Shown: in pieces, positions 18,873 through 29,239 of the stretch | Numbering within the stretch: the stretch's first letter is position 1 | Layout of the letters: each line of letters opens with the position of its first letter | Assembly (NCBI GenBank): GCA_964551725.1 | Contig: CAZKED010000003.1 | Coordinates: 27,002 to 91,001 of the forward strand | DNA length: 64,000 nt | DNA from: an uncultured archaeon | GTDB lineage: Archaea; Iainarchaeota; Iainarchaeia; Iainarchaeales; DTGL01 | Direction of reading: 5' to 3' | Notes under the pieces: model-generated | The model's database searches: none | Seen by the model: the letters and a program-made list of their open reading frames with translations, nothing else | Told to the model about the DNA's origin: nothing | Position numbers and translations under genes: made by a program

Positions 18873-20504
18873 TCACCTCTTTCTCAGTTCCACTCTCCTT
18901 ATCTTTCCGCTGATTGTTTTCGGCAGTTCTTTCACGTATTCAATGACTCTGGGGTATTTGTAGGGAGCTGTCTCCTTTTTAACGAAATCCTGAAGTTCCT
19001 TTGTCAGCTGCTCCGAGCCCTTGTAACCCGGAGCGAGAATAACGAATGCCTTTACAACCATGCCGCGCACCGGATCAGGATGCCCGACAACCGCGGCTTC
19101 CGCCACACTCGGATGCTTTATAAGCACGGATTCCACTTCGAACGGTCCTATCCTGTAACCCGAAGCCTTTATTACGTCGTCCGCCCTTCCCACAAACCAG
19201 AAGTATCCGTCCTCATCCCTGTACGCCTTGTCGCCGGTGAAATACCAGCCGTTTCTGAAAACTTCGGCGTTCTTCTCCGGGTCCTGCCAGTATTCCCTGA
19301 AAATTCCAGGCGGCTTTGCGGGCTCAATTCTCACGGCAATGAGTCCTTCTTCTCCCGCAGGAACAACGCGCCCTTCCCCGTCGACGATGCCGACAATGTG
19401 ACCTGGCGTAGGCTTCCCCATCGAGCCGGGTCTTACGGGAACGCAAGAGTAATTGGAAACAAGGCAGACTGTTTCGGTCTGACCGTAAAAGTCGTGGATT
19501 GTCGTGCCTGTTGCATTCCTCCATGTTTTTATTACCTCGGGATTCAGCGGCTCGCCTGCACTCATGCAGTGCCTCAAATTCGAGTAATCAAAGTCCTTCA
19601 GGTTTTCTTTCAGTATCATCATCCTGTAGACCGTGGGGGGAGCGCAGAAAGTGCTGACCTTGAATTCCTGTATTATTTTAAGCGCAACGTCAGCGTCAAA
19701 CTTTCCCTGCTGGTTGTACTGCAGAACGGTACAGCCGACAATCCATTGACCGAACAACTTGCCCCAGGCGGTTTTCGCCCAGCCGGTATCCGCCAAAGTC
19801 CAGTGAATGTCTTCCGGGCGTAAATCCTGGGCGAAGCGCGCTGTTACCTCGTGACCGAGTGCATACCTTTGCTCGTGTAACACCATTTTGGGATAGGATT
19901 CCGTGCCGGAGGTGAAATAAATGAGCATTGCATCCGAACTCTTCGTTTTTCCTATTTTTTCAGTGTCCAGTTCGGCCGGAAATTCACTGCATTTTTCCCT
20001 CAGGCATGCCCAGCCCTCGCGGGGGCTTTCAAGCAGCACTTTTTTCCCGAGGGTTTTGCATTTTGCCTGCACTTTTTCTATTTTTTCCGCGTTTTCCGTG
20101 TTTGTTATTGCCATTACCGCTCCCGCTTTGTTTATCCTGAACTCGAGGTCTTTTTCAGTGCTCATTGTCGTCGTGGGAATGAATATTGCGCCAAGCTTTG
20201 TCAGACCCAGAATGCAGAAATACCATTCGGGAATGCGGGGCAGCATTACAAGAACGCGGTCCCCTTTTTTTATTCCCATGCTGAGAAAAAAGTTCGCCGC
20301 TTTGTTGGATTCATCGCTCAGTTCCCTGAAAGAGTGCTTTGCGTGTTCTACGCCGCCTGTTTCAACTGTAATGAGCGCGGTTTTTTCGGGGTTCTCTGAG
20401 GCGCGCTTGTCTATCACGTCAAACCCGTAGTTGAAGTATTCCGGCACTTTCCACTTGAAATTCCTGCGGGCTTCCTCGTAATTCTCCATGTTGCTCCCCG
20501 CCAT
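18873..20504 (-). CDS. AMP-forming short/medium-chain acyl-CoA synthetase
   Basis: YFTSGTESYPK, YGQTE, GRADDVIK, PKTISGK. Confidence 0.93.
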   Translation of the reverse strand: MAGSNMENYEEARRNFKWKVPEYFNYGFDVIDKRASENPEKTALITVETGGVEHAKHSFRELSDESNKAANFFLSMGIKKGDRVLVMLPRIPEWYFCILGLTKLGAIFIPTTTMSTEKDLEFRINKAGAVMAITNTENAEKIEKVQAKCKTLGKKVLLESPREGWACLREKCSEFPAELDTEKIGKTKSSDAMLIYFTSGTESYPKMVLHEQRYALGHEVTARFAQDLRPEDIHWTLADTGWAKTAWGKLFGQWIVGCTVLQYNQQGKFDADVALKIIQEFKVSTFCAPPTVYRMMILKENLKDFDYSNLRHCMSAGEPLNPEVIKTWRNATGTTIHDFYGQTETVCLVSNYSCVPVRPGSMGKPTPGHIVGIVDGEGRVVPAGEEGLIAVRIEPAKPPGIFREYWQDPEKNAEVFRNGWYFTGDKAYRDEDGYFWFVGRADDVIKASGYRIGPFEVESVLIKHPSVAEAAVVGHPDPVRGMVVKAFVILAPGYKGSEQLTKELQDFVKKETAPYKYPRVIEYVKELPKTISGKIRRVELRKR

Positions 20505-22204
20505 CAGTTTCCCCCCGGTCCGAGTTCTTTTAACGCCATTTCCTTCAACTTGAATTTCTGCACCTTCCCGCTCGCGGTCAGCGGGAATTTTTCCACAAAC
20601 CTCACGTGCCTGGGCGCCTTGTAGCGGGAGAAATTCTCCTTGCAGTATTTTATTATTTCTTCCTCCGTTGCGGACTTACCTTTTTTGAGTACAATGTATG
20701 CCATTACTTCCTCGCCGTAAGTGCCGCTGGGCACTCCTATCACCGCGCTGTCCTTTATTTTGGGGTTAGTGTAGAGGAATTCCTCCACTTCCCTCGGGTA
20801 AACGTTTTCGCCGCCGCGGATTATCATGTCGTCAATCCTGCCGTGGATTTTTACATATCCGCTTTCATCCATTGACGCAAGGTCCTTGCTGTGGAGAAAA
20901 CCCTGACCGTCAATTGCTTCTTTTGTCTTGTCGGGCATTTTGTAGTATCCTTTCATCACATTGTAGCCCCTTACGACGAGTTCGCCCGGAGTGCCCCTCG
21001 GCTGCTCCAAGTTCGTGCCCGGCTTTACTATCCTGACTTCCTGGTTGGGGTGCGCTTTTCCCACGGTCTCAACCCTTGCCTCTATTGGATCATCTATCGC
21101 CGTCTGGGTTATGACCGGGGACGCCTCAGTCAAACCGTAGCAGATCGTTATTTCCTTCATGTTCATTAATTCAATTGTCTTGCGCATCGTGTCAACTGGG
21201 CAGGGTGAGCCCGCCATTACTCCGGTCCGGAGCGAGGACAAATCGCATTTTTTGAAATCCTCGTGGTTGAGTTCCATTATGAACATTGTCGGAACGCCGT
21301 ACAAAGCGGTGCATTTCTCGGACTGCACTGCGTCAAGCACCTGCTGCGGGTTGAAGATTTCCACGGGAACCATTGTTGCGCCTGCCACAACGCAGCCGAG
21401 CGTTCCCAAAACGCAGCCGAAGCAGTGGAAAAAGGGGACGGGAATGCACATCCTGTCCCTGTGCGTCAGGCGCTGGAATTTCCCGATGAAGCGCGCGTTG
21501 TTCACTATATTGTAGTGCGTTAACATCACTCCCTTGGGAAATCCCGTTGTGCCGGAAGTGTACTGCATGTTTATCACGTCGTGCGGTTTTACCTGCGCTC
21601 TTGCTTCGGCTAGCTCTTCGTCGCTCGCTTCTTTTCCGAGTTCCGCGAATTCGGAAAAGGAAAGCATTCCCTTGTGCTTGCCGCCTCCGATGAACACAAC
21701 GTTTTTCAGAAGCGGGAGCTTTCCGCTTTCAAGTTTGCCTGGCTCCGCACCGCGGAGTTCGGGAACGACGCTGTAAAGAGTTTCAACGTAATTCACGTCC
21801 TTGAACTGCTGAATCAAAAAAAGAGCAACGGAGTCCGACTGCTTGAGCAAATATTCGAGTTCCTTGGCTTTGTAGGAGGTGTTCACTGTGACCAAAACAG
21901 CGCCGATTTTGGCTGTCGCGAACTGCAGGAGAACCCATTCCGGGACATTGTAAGCCCAGACTGCTATGCGGTCGCCCTTTTTTATTCCGAGTGCCAGGAG
22001 GGATTTTGCCAGTTTGCCGCAGAGTTCGTTGAATTCGCGGTAGGAATGCCTCAAACCTCGTTCAGGGTAGACCAGAGCGTCGTTGTCGGGATGCAGCGAG
22101 GCAGTGCGCTCCAGCACTTCAGGAATGCTCTCCTCCTTCGGCATCCATTCTTCGGGAATGGAAAAACCGCTCTTTTCCGTACTGCCGGCAACCCCGCCCC
22201 CCAT
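20504..22204 (-). CDS. AMP-forming acyl-CoA synthetase
   Basis: YTSGTTGFPKG, PFFHCFG, YGLTE, PLTASGK. Confidence 0.93.
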   Translation of the reverse strand: MGGGVAGSTEKSGFSIPEEWMPKEESIPEVLERTASLHPDNDALVYPERGLRHSYREFNELCGKLAKSLLALGIKKGDRIAVWAYNVPEWVLLQFATAKIGAVLVTVNTSYKAKELEYLLKQSDSVALFLIQQFKDVNYVETLYSVVPELRGAEPGKLESGKLPLLKNVVFIGGGKHKGMLSFSEFAELGKEASDEELAEARAQVKPHDVINMQYTSGTTGFPKGVMLTHYNIVNNARFIGKFQRLTHRDRMCIPVPFFHCFGCVLGTLGCVVAGATMVPVEIFNPQQVLDAVQSEKCTALYGVPTMFIMELNHEDFKKCDLSSLRTGVMAGSPCPVDTMRKTIELMNMKEITICYGLTEASPVITQTAIDDPIEARVETVGKAHPNQEVRIVKPGTNLEQPRGTPGELVVRGYNVMKGYYKMPDKTKEAIDGQGFLHSKDLASMDESGYVKIHGRIDDMIIRGGENVYPREVEEFLYTNPKIKDSAVIGVPSGTYGEEVMAYIVLKKGKSATEEEIIKYCKENFSRYKAPRHVRFVEKFPLTASGKVQKFKLKEMALKELGPGGN

Positions 22205-22404
22205 AAAAAAAAGCCCCCAAAAACAGGAGTGTGAAAAAATAGGAATTGAAAACTTAAAAAAGGTAACTGTTCCCCGGCAGCCGTCTGTTCGCCTGATGGC
22301 GTGCATAAGCGGCAGGCGCCTGAACAAAAAGAAACCAATAAATAAACATATTCCCCCAATCTAGGCATTCAGAGTAAGCGTTCGGAGCGGTTGGAGGTAT
22401 TTTA

Positions 22405-25062
22405 ATGAATTATAAGAAAAATGTTTTTTTCACTCTTGTTTTTGCGATTCTTTTTTTGTCCACTGTCTTTCTCTCGGGCTGCCCCTGGACTCCGGACATA
22501 AAACCAAAGCCGACGCCCACCCCGTCAATAACCGGTGCAAAAACTCCGACTTATTCCGCGGGAGAATTCCCGAATCCAATGCTCCTGCTGGCGGCGCCGG
22601 AATTTTCGTACGAGGAAAAAGAATTCAGCAACCCGGAATACTCACTCCCCTTGGCAGAAATGCCGGAAAACTATGCAAGGGACATCGGGGAAAGGATGCA
22701 GCTTTCACTCGGCTACGGGGAACAGGAAACACTGCTCCAGAACGGCGCGGTAATCGTTCCGGGGGAGGAATTCGACCGCTTTGAGCACGCGTTCGGCAGG
22801 CTGAGCAATATGGACGTGCCTGTCTTCATTACCTCCGATTCCGTACTGCACTTGTACCATATAGAATTCAACGAAATTCTGAAGAACCTGGAAATGAAAA
22901 AGCTCTCTGGAATGCTCAAGGCATTGCTCGAATCCTTAATCGTTGAATCAACGGAGCAGTACAATGGCTTGGAGAACACTGAACTGAAAGAACTGTCCGG
23001 AAGGAACATCGCCTATCTTTCAGTGGCAATAAAGCTATTGGAGCCGGATTATCCCGTTCCTGCATTCGTGGAAGAAGACGTGGAAAAAGAACTGGAAAGA
23101 ATTGAAGAACATGAGGGCTTTTTTCTGGGAGAACTTTTCAGCAAGGACTGCCCGCAGGAATGCGTGAACTATTTTTTCCCTCCCGGCGAAGACTACAAAT
23201 GCAGCCAGGCAGTTAAAGGGCTGAAAATAACATACCAGGGAGAAGAATGGGACCTGCTGGAATTCTACAGGGATGTCTGCACAAAAAAATGCTACTGTGA
23301 GGACTACTCGCAGTACGTGCCCAGAGGTCACTACACCGCAACCGAGGGACTGAAGCGCTACTTCAAGTCAATGATGTGGCTGGGAAGAATGACGTTCAAA
23401 GCGCGCGGCGAAAACTGGACAAAGCAGGCAGTGCTTCTCACGGACGCGGCAAAATCCGCAAAAGCGGAATTCGAGGGCAAAGAATACAAGGCATCAGAGC
23501 TCTGGGACAGCATTTACAACATCACAGGATTCTTTGCAGGAGCAAGCGACGACCTGACATTCTACGAATACGACTCAGCCGTGCAGGAACTGTTCGGAGC
23601 GGAATTCAGCGAGGAAGAATCCCTGAACCAAGAAATCGCAGGGGAAATGCAGGGAGAAATAGCGAAAATGCGCGGTCCCAAAATACTCGGCGGATTTGAA
23701 ATCGACATAGCGGGAAACCTGCAGGACCTGACGCAGGGCATGCGCCTGATGGGGCAGAGGTACGCTCTCGATTCCCATATACTGGGCGACATGGTTTACA
23801 AGAATGTTGGACCGAACGTTGATTCGCCGTACTACGGCGAAGTGCTGGACTACTGCACTACGACGAGCTGCCTGGGCATTCCCGCCTGCAGCAGGGAAAG
23901 GGAATTCTATCATTCCTGCGAAAGCATGGAGGAAGACAGGGAAAAATACTGGAATGAAGTGTGCGGTTCTGCGGTTGAACTTTACTGCGGCTGCTCTGGA
24001 TGCAGCGTGACAACCCCGGGGGAAAACATTGCAAAGCTTTACAGCGTGTGCAGGTTCATGCCTTCCGGATTGGACGTAATGAGTGCATTGGGCTCGGAAA
24101 AAGCATCGCAGGTTCTCGAAGAGAACTACAAGGCGGGATACTGCAATTACGACGGAAAAACCGGGGAAATGAAATCATTGGTTGATTCCTATTCAGAGGA
24201 AAAGTGGACCGAGAACTTGTACAACGCATGGCTCTGGATGCTGCAGCCGGTTCTCAGGGAGAAACCTGCCGGCTACCCTGAATGGATGCGCTCGGAAACA
24301 TGGAAATCAAAAGACCTCATTACAGCGCTTGCAAGCTGGGCTGAACTGAGGCACGACACAATTCTTTACGTGAAGCAGAGTTACACATGGGCTGCGGGAA
24401 TAATGGCAACAAGCGCGGAACCAATAGAGGCAAAATACTACGGTTACGTTGAAGCAAACCCGGAATTGTTCGCCCGCGCCAAGTACTCCTCGGACTTTTT
24501 GCTACAGGGCTTGGAGGAAAGAGGCGTAATGACCGGCGAAGTGAAAACCGCCCTGGAAAGGAGCTCTGAAATGATGGGCAGACTGCAGGAAATAGCGGAA
24601 AAAGAGCTTGAAGGGGAAGAATTGAGCGAGGGGGAATACGACTACATTAAAAACATTGGCTCGTTGTTCGACTCCATTCTGACGGAGCTGGCATCCGCGC
24701 TTACCGTAACAGAGGGAGCCCCGGGCCCGAATATGGAGAAAAGCACTTCCCTCGAGGGAAAGGACGACGCGTTCAAAACAAGCATGGTTGCCGACGTGCA
24801 CACTGAAACAAACTCCAAACGCGTGCTTGAAGTGGGAACGGGCAAAGTTGACTGGCTGTTGGTGGCGCACAAGGCAAAGGACGGCAGGATTGGCATAGCA
24901 GCAGGACCTATGTTTTCCTACTACGAGTTCGCCTGGCCGATGGACGACCGCTTGACTGACGAAAAATGGCGCTCCGAAGTTTTGGGAACAATGGAAAGAC
25001 CGCTGTTATACAGCGGAACCGGGATTCCCTGTGCCCTGCAAGCGTATCACATCGCGAAATAA
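22405..25062 (+). CDS. DUF3160 family lipoprotein with Cys-rich insertions
   Basis: LSGC signal; DYSQYVPRGHY, YFKSMMWLGR, SWAELRHDTILYVKQS, RLTDEKW. Confidence 0.88.
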   Translation: MNYKKNVFFTLVFAILFLSTVFLSGCPWTPDIKPKPTPTPSITGAKTPTYSAGEFPNPMLLLAAPEFSYEEKEFSNPEYSLPLAEMPENYARDIGERMQLSLGYGEQETLLQNGAVIVPGEEFDRFEHAFGRLSNMDVPVFITSDSVLHLYHIEFNEILKNLEMKKLSGMLKALLESLIVESTEQYNGLENTELKELSGRNIAYLSVAIKLLEPDYPVPAFVEEDVEKELERIEEHEGFFLGELFSKDCPQECVNYFFPPGEDYKCSQAVKGLKITYQGEEWDLLEFYRDVCTKKCYCEDYSQYVPRGHYTATEGLKRYFKSMMWLGRMTFKARGENWTKQAVLLTDAAKSAKAEFEGKEYKASELWDSIYNITGFFAGASDDLTFYEYDSAVQELFGAEFSEEESLNQEIAGEMQGEIAKMRGPKILGGFEIDIAGNLQDLTQGMRLMGQRYALDSHILGDMVYKNVGPNVDSPYYGEVLDYCTTTSCLGIPACSREREFYHSCESMEEDREKYWNEVCGSAVELYCGCSGCSVTTPGENIAKLYSVCRFMPSGLDVMSALGSEKASQVLEENYKAGYCNYDGKTGEMKSLVDSYSEEKWTENLYNAWLWMLQPVLREKPAGYPEWMRSETWKSKDLITALASWAELRHDTILYVKQSYTWAAGIMATSAEPIEAKYYGYVEANPELFARAKYSSDFLLQGLEERGVMTGEVKTALERSSEMMGRLQEIAEKELEGEELSEGEYDYIKNIGSLFDSILTELASALTVTEGAPGPNMEKSTSLEGKDDAFKTSMVADVHTETNSKRVLEVGTGKVDWLLVAHKAKDGRIGIAAGPMFSYYEFAWPMDDRLTDEKWRSEVLGTMERPLLYSGTGIPCALQAYHIAK

Positions 25063-25121
25063 AAAAACAAGAAAAGGGAAAATAAAAGCGGAAGGAATGG
25101 AAAAGGTTCCAGGGAACGCTT

Positions 25122-25496
25122 TCATGCCTCGATTATCCTGCTGGTGTCTATTTTCCTTATCCCTATCTCGAGTTTTCCCGCTGCCTTCCCCCTTATGAGC
25201 TGCCCGCTCACGGGCGTGAAGCCGGTGCTTGTGACAGAAACCCTTATGTGGGGAACGAATTTCCCCCTTTCAATCTGCACCTTTCCGCTTATTGCATTAA
25301 GCTCAAAAGCGCTTGCAAAATTCATTTTGTTGACCCCGCCCGCGGGAGCGTTCGATACAAGTTCAAATTCCTTCAACTTGCCGAAACCGCTTACAATCAG
25401 GCCGTAGGAAATGCTGTTGTCCCTTGCAAGATTCTCAAGTTCCTTCATTATGTCCGAATCATCCTTGAGTTTTAAAACGCATGTTGTTTCAGGCAT
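25122..25496 (-). CDS. PPC/DUF296 domain protein
   Basis: LKDDSDIM..SGFGKL..FELNAISG..PHIRV..SGQL pattern; His motif partly degenerate. Confidence 0.75.
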   Translation of the reverse strand: MPETTCVLKLKDDSDIMKELENLARDNSISYGLIVSGFGKLKEFELVSNAPAGGVNKMNFASAFELNAISGKVQIERGKFVPHIRVSVTSTGFTPVSGQLIRGKAAGKLEIGIRKIDTSRIIEA

Positions 25497-25508
25497 TTTT
25501 TTCACCCC

Positions 25509-25538
25509 AAAAAAACAGGGGGGGCACAAGGCCCCCTG
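25509..25538 (-). terminator. GC hairpin followed by U-tract
   Basis: Minus strand CAGGGGGC-CTTGT-GCCCCCCCTG-TTTTTTT, about 25 nt after the Lys-rich peptide stop. Confidence 0.6.
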
Positions 25539-25562
25539 AATCACCCTTTGCAATTACGAAAA

Positions 25563-25658
25563 TCATTTCTTTTTCTTTTTTGTCTTTTTGCTTTTTGCCT
25601 TAGGCTTTGAAGATTTTTTCTTTTTCGCCTTGGACTTTTTTGTTTTCCTTTTACCCAT
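25563..25658 (-). CDS. 31-aa Lys-rich peptide (not in ORF track)
   Basis: MGKRKTKKSKAKKKKSSKPKAKSKKTKKKKK*; strong SD AAGGAGG; TATA-like TTAAATA near 25771-25777. Confidence 0.75.
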   Translation of the reverse strand: MGKRKTKKSKAKKKKSSKPKAKSKKTKKKKK

Positions 25659-25853
25659 TTAATTCCTCCTTTACAATTAAAGGCAGAATCAGGCAATTTG
25701 CTAGAATCAGTTGAGCTGCCACAGCAAAAATGCTGCCATGCCTAAAATCTATACTATACATCACATCTTATATTTAACCCTATCGCTCCTGCTCCGGTTT
25801 CCCGGAAAAAATTTGCCGCAAAGGATTAAAAATTGCGGAGCAGTAATTCTTTA

Positions 25854-27107
25854 ATGCCGCTGAAAAGAAAACTCTCGCTGTGGGAAGTGACGCTCTGCGG
25901 AATAGGACTAATACTCGGAGCGGGAATTTACGTACTCATAGGCGAGGGCGCGGCATTTTCGCAGAATGCTGTGTGGCTCAGCTTTCTTGCCGGAGCAGTT
26001 ATAGCGACGCTGAGCGGGCTGAGTTACGCTGAACTGGCATCGATGTATCCGAAAGCCGGAGCGGAATACGACTATTCAATGCAGGCTTTCGGCAAACGCG
26101 CTGCATTCATTACGGGATGGCTTGCAATATTCGCATCAATTCTGGGTGCCACGACCGTGGCAATTGGATTCGGCAAATATTTCGGAGAATTTTTCGCGCT
26201 GCCTTGGCTTGCTGGAGCAATACTCATAATAGCGATTTCCGCTCTCGTGCTGCTGCTCGGCGTGCAGCAGTCCGCGAGGCTCGGCGCAATAATCACGCTT
26301 ATAGAAGCCGCTGGACTTGTGTTCATTGTTTTCATCGGCATTCCATTCCTCGGCAATTTGGAGTTCATGGAATTTCCTCCGGCCGGCGGGGTGTTAAGCG
26401 GCGCAGTCATAGTGTTCTTCGCCTTTCTCGGCTTTGAGGAAGTTGTCAGGTTTTCCGAGGAAACAAAAAATGCGCGGACAACAATTCCCAAGGCGCTCAT
26501 TCTTTCAATTGTTGCCTCCACGGTTCTCTACGTGCTTGTTGCAATTGCCGCGGTCAGCATTGTGGGCTGGGAGGCATTAGCGCAGTCAAACAGCCCTTTG
26601 GCGCTCGTGGCGGAAAGCGTTGCCGGAAACAACGCTTTCACAGCGCTCGCAGTCATCGCGCTTTTTTCAACCGCGAATACCGTTCTGCTTGTAATGCTGG
26701 CTGCATCGCGCCTTCTCTACGGGATAAGCGAGGTGCACGTTCTGCCCAGTGCGCTGCACAGAACATGGAAGAACGGTGTGCCGTGGATTGCTGTTCTGGC
26801 AACAGCTGTTCTCGCGCTTCTTTTCATTGCGCTGGGCGAAATCGGGTTTGTGGCAAGCACCGTGGACTTCGCGCTTTTCCTTATATTCATTATAATTAAT
26901 TTCTCGGTAATAAAGCTCCGCTTCTCAGAGCCGGAAGCGGAAAGACCTTTCAGAGTGCCGCTTTCTATTGGCAGAATGCCGGTGCTGCCCGTGCTCGGCA
27001 TTCTCTCAACGCTTGTGCTCACGGCGAGCGTGAAGCCCGAAGTAATGCTCGTTGGAGCGGCTGTGACTGGAATAGGCGCGGCAATAGCGCTCCTGTTCGA
27101 GCGCTAG
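25854..27107 (+). CDS. APC-family amino acid permease
   Basis: GLILGAGIY, YAELASMYPKAG, FFAFLGFE, RPFRVP. Confidence 0.93.
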   Translation: MPLKRKLSLWEVTLCGIGLILGAGIYVLIGEGAAFSQNAVWLSFLAGAVIATLSGLSYAELASMYPKAGAEYDYSMQAFGKRAAFITGWLAIFASILGATTVAIGFGKYFGEFFALPWLAGAILIIAISALVLLLGVQQSARLGAIITLIEAAGLVFIVFIGIPFLGNLEFMEFPPAGGVLSGAVIVFFAFLGFEEVVRFSEETKNARTTIPKALILSIVASTVLYVLVAIAAVSIVGWEALAQSNSPLALVAESVAGNNAFTALAVIALFSTANTVLLVMLAASRLLYGISEVHVLPSALHRTWKNGVPWIAVLATAVLALLFIALGEIGFVASTVDFALFLIFIIINFSVIKLRFSEPEAERPFRVPLSIGRMPVLPVLGILSTLVLTASVKPEVMLVGAAVTGIGAAIALLFER

Positions 27108-27150
27108 GACGCGGAAAAAAATATTTAAACTCTTTCCATCCAATTTTCCC

Positions 27151-27774
27151 ATGGGCGTTCCTAAAAGAGCAATTGACCTCCTCGCTTTCTTATACATAAC
27201 GGCGGTTTTGGGGCTTATTTTTCTGCACCTGGATTCCTTTATTGCCCTGACCGCAGCGTTCCCCCTGCCCATGGGATTCCTCAAGTTTGCTGCGCTCGCC
27301 ACTTTCGGCGAATTTGTGAAGATACGCCGCTCTACCGGAAAATGGGACTTCGGGGACTGGCTTCCCAAACTCGTTGTGTGGGGAGCGTTCGGCATATGGT
27401 TCGCGATAATTTTTCCGCTGTTCGGCGCGGGAACTGCGGCAATAATTGAAAAGGGGCTCTGGCCGGATTTTGGTCCTGTGTTCACAGCGTTTTCCACAAG
27501 CCTGTTCATGAATCTGCTCGCGCTTTACGCCTGGCCCATGATGCTACTGCACGAGTACTGCAACAGGGTGATTGAAAAGAGGAGATTTGTTTCTCCGGCG
27601 AAATTCGGCGAAAAACTGGACAAGGGCGCCTGGTTCAGGTTCATTCCCCTGACAATAGTGTTCTTCTGGCTGCCCGCTCACACAATTACCTTCATGCTGC
27701 CTGAAGAACTCCGCGTTTTAATGGCGGCGCTCCTCTCGACAGCGCTCGGGTTCATTCTTACGATTAAGAAGTGA
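27151..27774 (+). CDS. Mpv17/PMP22-like membrane protein
   Basis: FLKFAALATFGE and FFWLPAHTITFMLP..RVL motifs. Confidence 0.78.
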   Translation: MGVPKRAIDLLAFLYITAVLGLIFLHLDSFIALTAAFPLPMGFLKFAALATFGEFVKIRRSTGKWDFGDWLPKLVVWGAFGIWFAIIFPLFGAGTAAIIEKGLWPDFGPVFTAFSTSLFMNLLALYAWPMMLLHEYCNRVIEKRRFVSPAKFGEKLDKGAWFRFIPLTIVFFWLPAHTITFMLPEELRVLMAALLSTALGFILTIKK

Positions 27775-27984
27775 TTATTTTTTCCCGCGGCGTCTTCTGC
27801 GGCTGGGCCGAGCCGGCTCTCCGCCGCGCTTTTTCCAGAAAATTATTTCCCTCTCCGCTGTTGCTGAATCGACCGCGGAACCCGGCTGGGTGAGAGCTCT
27901 TCCCCATTCTTCAACCTCTCGCCGAGCCCTGCTCTTGGGCGAGCCGTGACCTCTTCCGTCCCTGTAAACATGCCTTCTGCGCAT
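27775..27984 (-). CDS. Orphan Arg-rich protein, 69 aa
   Basis: MRRRH...RRRRRGKK; TATA-like TTAAAAA about 22 nt upstream on minus; stop abuts previous gene. Confidence 0.5.
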   Translation of the reverse strand: MRRRHVYRDGRGHGSPKSRARREVEEWGRALTQPGSAVDSATAEREIIFWKKRGGEPARPSRRRRRGKK

Positions 27985-28063
27985 AAAGTAATTACTAGCC
28001 CAAGCTTTTTAAGCTTTAGCCGGCTTAAGTTTTCCATGCCTGTTTTTCCGCGGGGGTTTTAAA

Positions 28064-29239
28064 GTGCCCATAGCACATTACATTGAAGAAGCGGAGCGCG
28101 ATTCCTCGTGGATAAGAAAAATGTTTTCCCTAGGCATTGAAATGAGGAAAGAACACCTCGGGGAAAAAATAGCCGATTTTTCAATAGGAAACCCGCACCT
28201 CTCCCCGCCGAAAGAATTTATTGAAGCGCTCCGCGCGCACGCGGGGGACAAGGACATCCATAGATACATGCCCAACGCCGGCTTTACGGACGTAAGGGAA
28301 AGAATCGCGGGATGGCTGGAAAAAAAATTCGGCATTCCTTTCCGCACGGAACACGTTGTCATGACTGTTGGTGCGGCAGGCGGAATGAATGCCGCGCTGA
28401 AAACGGTGCTGAATGCCGGTGAAGAAGTACTGCTGCTCGAGCCCTGGTTCTGCGAGTACAAGTTTTACGCAGAAAACCATGGGGGAAGGACAACAGTGGC
28501 GCGGACAAGGGAAAACTTCGACCTCGACTTCAAAGAACTCGGAAAAAAAATCACGGAAAAAACGCGCGCAATAATCTTCAATTCCCCGAACAACCCCACG
28601 GGAAAGGTGTACAGCGAAAAAGAGCTGCAGGAGTTCGCGGAACTGCTCCGCGGGAAGCAGGAAGAATTTAACTCCCAGATTTACGTTTTGTCCGACGAGC
28701 CATACAGGGAAATAGTGTTCGAGGGCAAAAAAATCGCGCCCAGCATATGCTCCTATTACGAAAATTCCTTCATGATTTACTCCTGGTCGAAAAGCCTCAA
28801 CCTGCCGGGGGAAAGAATAGGGTACATTGCCGCGCACCCTGAACTTGACGACAAGCGCATTTACGGAAAGCTCGCGTTCACCAACAGGATTCTCGGGTAT
28901 GTGAACGCCCCCGCGCTCATGCAGAAAGCGGTTGCGGACGTTCTGGACCTGACAGTGGACATTTCGCCTTACAGGGGGGGAAGAAGAATTATTTCCCCGG
29001 CTTTAAGGAAAGCCGGTTATGAATTCACGGAACCGGAGGGAACGTTTTATTTTTTCCCGAAAAGCCCCTTGGAAAACGAACTGGAATTCGTTGAAAAAGC
29101 CGCGGAAAAACTCGTGCTTGTGACGCCGGGCCGCGGCTTCGGGAGAAAGGGCTATTTCAGGATTTCCTACGCAACCGACAGAGAATCAATTGAACTGGGC
29201 GCGGAAAGGCTTGCCGAACTGGCGGGTGAAATCAAATGA
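28064..29239 (+). CDS. Aspartate/aromatic aminotransferase, class I
   Basis: FSIGNP, NSPNNPTG, SDEPY, SWSKSLNLPGERIG. Confidence 0.93.
   Translation: MPIAHYIEEAERDSSWIRKMFSLGIEMRKEHLGEKIADFSIGNPHLSPPKEFIEALRAHAGDKDIHRYMPNAGFTDVRERIAGWLEKKFGIPFRTEHVVMTVGAAGGMNAALKTVLNAGEEVLLLEPWFCEYKFYAENHGGRTTVARTRENFDLDFKELGKKITEKTRAIIFNSPNNPTGKVYSEKELQEFAELLRGKQEEFNSQIYVLSDEPYREIVFEGKKIAPSICSYYENSFMIYSWSKSLNLPGERIGYIAAHPELDDKRIYGKLAFTNRILGYVNAPALMQKAVADVLDLTVDISPYRGGRRIISPALRKAGYEFTEPEGTFYFFPKSPLENELEFVEKAAEKLVLVTPGRGFGRKGYFRISYATDRESIELGAERLAELAGEIK

Noticed and set aside
22282-22326. Possible riboswitch hairpin upstream of the ligase operon
   Set aside because: Only short imperfect stems (TGTTC/GAACA, GCCTG/CAGGC); no recognisable family
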